Assembly (NCBI GenBank): GCA_013239625.1
Contig: MU054925.1
Coordinates: 34,265,538 to 34,329,537, forward strand
DNA from: Lama guanicoe
Lineage: Eukaryota
DNA: 64,000 bases
Direction of reading: 5' to 3'
The notes beneath the pieces were generated by a model. It was not told where the DNA came from and searched no databases. It worked only from the letters and a program-made list of their open reading frames with translations. The position numbers and the translations under genes are program-made. Shown piece after piece: positions 57,831 through 64,000 of the stretch (the first letter of the stretch is position 1; every line of letters begins with the position of its first letter).

Positions 57831-59157
57831 GACCTGATCTGCCGCCCCCTCACGTGCAGAGCGGCGTCTGAGGAATGGCCTGCAGGTGCCAGGTGTGAGC
57901 CTGGACAGCCGAGGGAGCTAGCCAGCCTCTCCGGCCTCCGTTCTCAGTCTGTGACACGGGACCACCGGCAGTAAACGAGGGGCAGAGTGGAAGTGCCCTG
58001 GGCCCCGACCGCCCAGCGACACTGGTCGGGGCAGCAGTCGTCCAGGCGGCTGTAGCATGTGGAACCTTCCCCTCGCCTCCCACGCGGTCCCCCTCGCCTC
58101 TCCGGGTCATGTTCCCGGGGGCTGTCACCCAGCCTCTCCCACTCACTGCAATTCTGAGTGTTTCTCAGCCCCGATGAGCTGGGCAGGACCTTGTCTGCAG
58201 GGGACCTGCAGCTGGAACGATCGGCGCTCAGGGTCCACGCAGCCCCCGTGCCCACTCGCTTCTGGGCTCCGAGGGTCCCACAGGCATCTCTGCCGCTCGC
58301 TGGAAAGCCCTCCTCCGAGTGTCTGCCCCACCCCAGGCCCTAAGCCGCAGGAGGGGCTCTCCTCCCTACACCCACCCTTCAGTCGGCTGCACCAGCGTCC
58401 GTGTATGTCCCCAGGAGGTCCCTGCCATGCCAGGTATGACTAGATGTGCCCCCCTGCTCCCCACATGGCTTTCCTCAGCAGCCAAAGCCCCCGAACCTCT
58501 GTGAGTGTCCCCTCAAGGTGGCGGGCCCTCCCCTGCCCCACTCTGCACGGTGACTGGATTCTGGGGACTCACCCCAATTCAGCCCTGGGGGGACAGGGAG
58601 CTGTGGAGACCCAGGGTATCTCCGGAGGTCTACGGGTCCCAGGAGACAACCGCACAAGAGGGACCCCGCAGACCTTCCCAAGGCCTGCACCCTCATTTCC
58701 GCCGTTCTGGCTCCGAGGCCTCCCCTCCAGCACGGGAGCACGCAGACGACAGGGTACTCCTTGGGGCCACCTGGGCATCTGTGCAGACTGCGGGGCTCAG
58801 GCCCAGGCACGCAGAGGAGCCCACAGGGGACAGGCCACTCTGGAAGCCCCTCCAAGGGTGGGGGGTGCACAGCAACACTTCCTGCCTCCCTGGGGCCCCG
58901 AGTGCAGCACCCGGCCCAGCTCGCAGGACACAGGCCTGAACGGCTCAGCCGACCTCAAGCCCCAAGACCCCGCCCCCCAGGCAGAGGGCAGGTCTGCTCA
59001 CCGGCCAGTCACAGCCAGCACAGGGCGGCCTCAGACCCTGGGCGAACAGACGGCGTCTGTGTTACTAGGGAGTAACGCCAGGCTCGAGGTGACAGGTTTG
59101 AAGCGCGTGGGGGAGTTTCACACACACGGGCTAAGCTCACAAGGAAGCTGCTCTTAC

Positions 59158-59228
59158 TTGATGGCGCCTTCCATTTTCGAAGCTGCCTCGTGGAACTGCT
59201 GTGAAGACAGCCTGTACGTCTCGACGTT
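59158..59228 (-). CDS. CHCHD6: CHCHD6 / MIC25 third-to-last exon (coiled-coil region)
   Basis: ttctcttcgtag|NVETYRLSSQQFHEAASKMEGAI AA|gtaaga; 71 nt, phase 2 matches the next exon; resembles recalled human NAEMYKLSSEQFHEAASKMESTIK. Confidence 0.92.
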
Positions 59229-59435
59229 CTACGAAGAGAAAACAGAACCAGTTACCAGGCTGAACCTCCCTCCCTCCCTTCCGGGTGCAGCCCCGCTGAA
59301 CCCACAGAGGCCCAGCCCCCGGGCAGCACCACACAGAGGGCGACTGGTCCACAGTGAGGGCCCAGCTCCTCGGGGACCCACCATGGCTGCAGAATCCTCA
59401 GAAGCCACGGCTGGAAGGACACACAGGCCCTGCAC

Positions 59436-59610
59436 TCAGGGGTCCCACCCACCCCGTCTTGTAGATAAAGCTTTACTAGCATACAGCCACGGCCACGACC
59501 CGTGAATGCACCATCTGTGGCTGTTCCTGTGCACCACAGCGTGGACAGGCTGTGCTGCCCGTGTGGCCTAAGGCATTTACTACCTTTAAAGAAGTCTGCT
59601 GAGCCTCCTC
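59436..59610. mobile_element. MER58-like hAT-Charlie MITE remnant
   Basis: ttgtagataaagctttactagcatacagccacggcca...tctgtggctgtt...gcctaaggcatttactacctttaaagaagtctgctga. Confidence 0.75.
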
Positions 59611-62600
59611 CTTGTCCAGCCCCTACGGCAGGTGGACTGCTGCCCAGAGACGTGCAGCCATTCGTCCAAGTCACACAGCAGGCGGCGGTGCCAGGACTGC
59701 AGCCCAGGCGTCTGGCTCCAGCTGGGACCACGCACTCAGCAGCACTGCTGGGCCATCCCAGAGGCACACATGTCCTTCCTTCCGAGGCCACCCAGTGGAA
59801 GTGCCCAGGGCCCGGGCAGTGTGGAGGGGGCAGCATGAGAGAGAGGCGTCCCTCTGGTCAGTCCCACCACCTCTTTGCGCCCCAAGGCCACCTGGGCCCA
59901 GCCCCTAGCCCTCCCAGTCTCCAGAGGAGACCAGCAGAAAGAGCAGCGGCCCCAGCCCCAGCCCCGTCAGGCTTCCCAGCAGACCCGGCTTCTCACAGGA
60001 CGTGGTCTTGAGAATGAAGCCGGAGACAGGGCTGGCCTCGGACTGCCCAGCGAGACGTCTCGTGGGGCTGCCCACCCTGCGAGGACCTGGGCCAGACCTG
60101 CCCACAGCAGTGTGGGAGGGCCGGTCCCCACTTTACAGGTGGGCAAAAGCAGGCGTCTGGCTCCAGGTGCTCCCTGGGGCGTGGACAGCTGGTCCCCAAG
60201 AGTAGCTGGTGAGGCAGGCAAAGGGACCCCCGCACCCCCAAGCCTAGCTCTCCCCACTCCACCAAGCACACAGGTAGCCTGGCCAGAAGGAACACACCAC
60301 TCAGACCAGAAAGAGTGACCGGTGCCCAGAGTCATGCAGGGCATCAAAGGCGGGGGCTGGCCCGGAGGGGACCAGGCCTCCGGGAAGAGCCAGCTGGGAC
60401 AGACGTGGACGGGGCCCCGAGAGCTCAGGCTCATGAGGGGCGGGAATTCTGCTCCGGGCCCTGCTGGAGTGACCCTGCGGCCCGCCTCTGGCCCCAGCTG
60501 CTGAGTGAGGTCACCCTGCATCTCCCCAGTACGGTTCTTTACCTCTGACCTGGGGAGACAGCCAATGCCCCCAGTGGTCGCCGGGCACTGCGAACACCCC
60601 AGGACCACAGGTGCGGAGTGAATGGGGGCTCCCCCTCGCCCCACCACCCGAGCTTCACGAGACCAACACCCAGCTCGTCATCTCCCTGGACCCTGAATCT
60701 GCCTCAGCCAGCGGACAGTGGACCAATACCCAGGCCCCGGGAGGATGAGGACGCAGGTCACGCTGCCCCTCTGCCCCGTGCAGGCAGACGCCCTCCTGAC
60801 CTCGCGACAGGCTCCACCCTGGGCCCAGGTGGTACCCACACACCCACGTCTGAGTTCACTGGGTCATTTCCTCCCCGAGCCCTGTCTCCCTGCTCACTGG
60901 GCACCGAGGGGGCGGGCCTGACCACCGTTAGGATGTGGCTCTCCCCGCAACAGACAGCCTCCGGCTCAGGCCTCCCTCCTGGGAGGAGAGCCCAGCCCCT
61001 TCCAGGCCCCCCACGCAACCACGCCCGCTTTCAAGGGAGCACCGGGACGCTCTGACCCTGCGTCTCCATGCACGGGTGAACTTGGTCAGTGGCTGAGTTG
61101 ACCGTGACCTCAGACTGAACGTGTGGTCAGCTAGGCTTGTCACAGGAAGTGCCCACCGGCCAAGCAGTGGTTGTGACAACCCTCTGAGCTTCCCCTACCA
61201 TCTCAGCATGACTCATGGGAACTCCCCTCCCGCCCCACGTCTGATCTGCTGAGCAGGAGGAGGACGGCGCCTCAGCATCCCCTGCACACAGAAGTCAGGT
61301 CTCCGCCCGGGAGCGGAGCAGCTCCCTGTGTCCACCCGGCCTTCCTGGGCTGCTGAGAGGGCCCTCCCCAGACTCCACTGAGGGGAGGGGCTTCTGGAAG
61401 GACGTGGGGGGCACCCACCCCCACGAGGAGCCCCCCTGGTGCCAGGGTCCTGAGACAACGCACCTGCCTCAGACTCCCAATTGCAGTGCGGAGGGCTGGA
61501 GAGGGTGTCCCGCAGCCGGAAAGCCTCCACCTTGGCCACGGGCAAAGGGGGGTTGTTACTTGCAAATGAAGGAGCTGCCAGGGCCTGCTGCCCGGGGTCC
61601 TGCTCTGAGGCAAGGCACCGAATCCCTGCGGGTTAGCTGGCACCTGGCGATTTCCCTTCCCACTACACTTCAGACCCCAATTTTGAGCCCTTCCCTCCAC
61701 CCCGTGAGCAGCTGCCCCTCCTCCTCCTCCAGCTGCTCCGGCTGAACGGCTGAAACCAGAAGACCTGATCTCCATTAATTAAATCTGCCATTAAAAATTA
61801 AATAACGTGAGCAAGAAGGTGCGAGTGTTATCTCCACGGGTTTCAAAAGTCACAGTGTTTCTTCAATTACTTCCCAAGCACTTTTCATATTTCATACTGT
61901 CTGATTTCTCCAAGGGCCTGGCTTCTCGAGATCAAAAGAGAGTGCGGGGTGAGGGGTAGGGGCAGGCGGAGGAGGCTGGGAAGGAGGAGGAGGGGAAGTG
62001 TCAGGCTGCCCCCACCCCCTCTGCAGCCAGGATGAGCCCTGGGCAGCACACGGGGTAGGGGTGGGTGAGGGGGTTGGGGAGGGCCAGGATGCAGAGCTCA
62101 GTCTGATGGCCTGGAGGGAGCCACCTTCATTCATTAGCTGCCAGCCGTGTGCTCACAGGGACCCACGGGGTCTGTCCACCAGGCATGTGTCTGGCAGGAC
62201 AGACGAGGCTAGGGTCTAAGAGCGTTCTAGGTTGAGGGGACGTCGGGCAGCGGGGATGGGTGTGGGCCAGGGTGCGAGCAGAGTCCTGACCCTGTGGGGG
62301 TCGGCATCCCAGCTTCCCTGGGACAGTGCTGTGGGGGTCGCCACAGACGCCCCAAGACAGCGCACATGAACTGCTCAGAGCAGGGCCCAGCACAGGGCAA
62401 ATAACAGACGTTAAGAACTTAATACCCAAACGCATGTCCACAAGGAAGGCCTCTGGAAGAGCGACGGAAGACGGAGGAGAGGGCGTGTCCTGGAAGACGG
62501 GGCCCCACCAAGGGAGGATTTTCAGCCGCTGCACCCGACGTGTCCCCGGAGCTGCTGCCGGGCCTGGTGCAGGGGGCCCCCCCAGGGCAGATCTGAGAGA

Positions 62601-64000
62601 GCGCTGGGACGCGGCGTGTGTCTCAGTGGAGGGTCACTAGGCAGCCGCTCCGGGGACGCCACCCACCGGGAGCTTGCAGACCATGCAGAGGACCCAGAGC
62701 AGGCGGAAGGCCTGGCCAGCGGGGGCAACAGGGGTCATGCGAGAACCAGGAACTTGGACCCCGCCCTGCTTACCAAATGCTGCGGGAACGAGGAAGAGCA
62801 ACATTCACTGGTTCTGCTCCGTGGCCACGAGAACCGAGCCGTCAAACAGGCCCTCCCATCTGGGCGGTGTGTCCGGGGCAGGAAACAGGCTGGCCCTGCA
62901 CCCCTAGAGTGACAGGCTCAGCAGGAGCGTCTACGCTCTGCCGGATGCAGACAGGAGGGTTGGAACCTCGAGGGGCAGGGGAGGACCCAGAGCAGGCCCA
63001 CATGCCGCCCACGTGTTCACCTGTCCCCAGCAAGGGCTCTAACGCATCGAAGGCCGTGCAGACCAAACCCAGAGCCAACACACGGTCACATGCAGGCAAC
63101 GTGAAGCCTAGGAGCCCAGCTACCTGGAGTGGGGAGTCCCAGTGACATCGGGGTGGCCGTGAGGGCCTCTGGGCCCCGCGCCAGGGCTCGAGGAGTCCCC
63201 GATCCCTCCAACTCAGCTTTCAGCTCACAGCCCCCCGCCCCTGCCACCTGCAGAGCAGCGTCCAGGGCTCTCCTGAGCCACTGCCCTCCCGGAAGGATGC
63301 CCGTGGAGCCCCCGGCAGGCTCTGCACATCAAGACTTGCCGTCTTCCGTGCCCCCGGCCTCGTCCACCCTGCCAGGTCCTCCCAGTACCGACCTCCAGGG
63401 AGACCCCCATTCACGCTTCCATTCCCGACAAGAGCGTTCCCCACCTCTGGGCAGCGTCACTCCTCTGCCAGCTCCCTCTGGTGCTCCGTGCCACACACTA
63501 GGGCCCATCTGTCTGCCCTGGGCCAAGGGCCGCGGGAGTCGGGCCAGTTGTGTGAACCAGAGAGCGGCCGGTTCCTCAGCTTGCTCAGACGTGCAGGTCT
63601 CGGGCTCCCTCTGCCCCATTCTCGCGAGTCACCTCAGCACCGCCCATGTCACCTCTGGGCCACAGAGGCCTGCAAACGGCTAACGAGTGTGTGTGACACT
63701 GGCTTCAGGTGAGACTCTCCTACAGGTATTTGGATGTGTGAGACGTCCTGGAGAAAAGTCCGTCAGCCCTGCTCCACCACTGGGAGGGCCAGGGCTTGGG
63801 GCGGGCTCTCCGGACCCTGACCCTCCGAGGGCCGGACTGAGTCTTGTCACATGGTGCAGTGTATGGTGGGGGGTTACCGTTCTCCCCTCTCAAGGGAGTG
63901 AGGAAACAGAGCCTGGGCACCCACCTGTGTGGACGGATGTGATACAAGTGTAGACGGGAATGCAGACTCAGATGCAGACACGGACACACATGCGGCACCC

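Noticed and set aside
58444-59505. 353-aa plus-strand ORF
   Set aside because: No domain features; overlaps a CHCHD6 exon antisense and a MER58-like remnant; expected by chance at this GC content

Overview
GC-rich eutherian mammal genomic DNA with two assembly gaps (24075-24214 and 29777-30042). Two spliced genes lie in tandem on the minus strand. (1) The 5' two-thirds of PLXNA1 (plexin-A1): a CpG-island promoter at about 29.2-30.9 kb and 19 coding exons (ortholog exons 2-20, 25214 down to 650; 3889 coding nt; all GT-AG with consistent phases). They encode the signal peptide, Sema, PSI and IPT domains, the transmembrane helix and the start of the cytoplasmic region; the gene runs off the left edge. 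(2) The last three exons of CHCHD6 (MIC25, MICOS subunit): 59158-59228, 43293-43428 (twin CX9C CHCH motif) and a terminal exon starting at 41920 with AATAAA at 41752-41757. The rest is intron or intergenic DNA with old L1, L2, MIR, MLT1 and hAT fragments, CA/TG-rich simple repeats and one near-perfect 216-bp tandem duplication. Nearly all ORFs in the supplied track are GC-rich chance or antisense ORFs. I see no convincing new gene or system. The best leads are a dense triple RFX X-box/CTCF/homeobox cluster in PLXNA1 intron 15 (possible internal promoter or enhancer), in-frame upstream AUGs, two stop-free in-frame introns, and a series of AT-rich TAAT islands that look like enhancers. Gene and repeat identities come from my recall of orthologs and consensus sequences, not from a database search.
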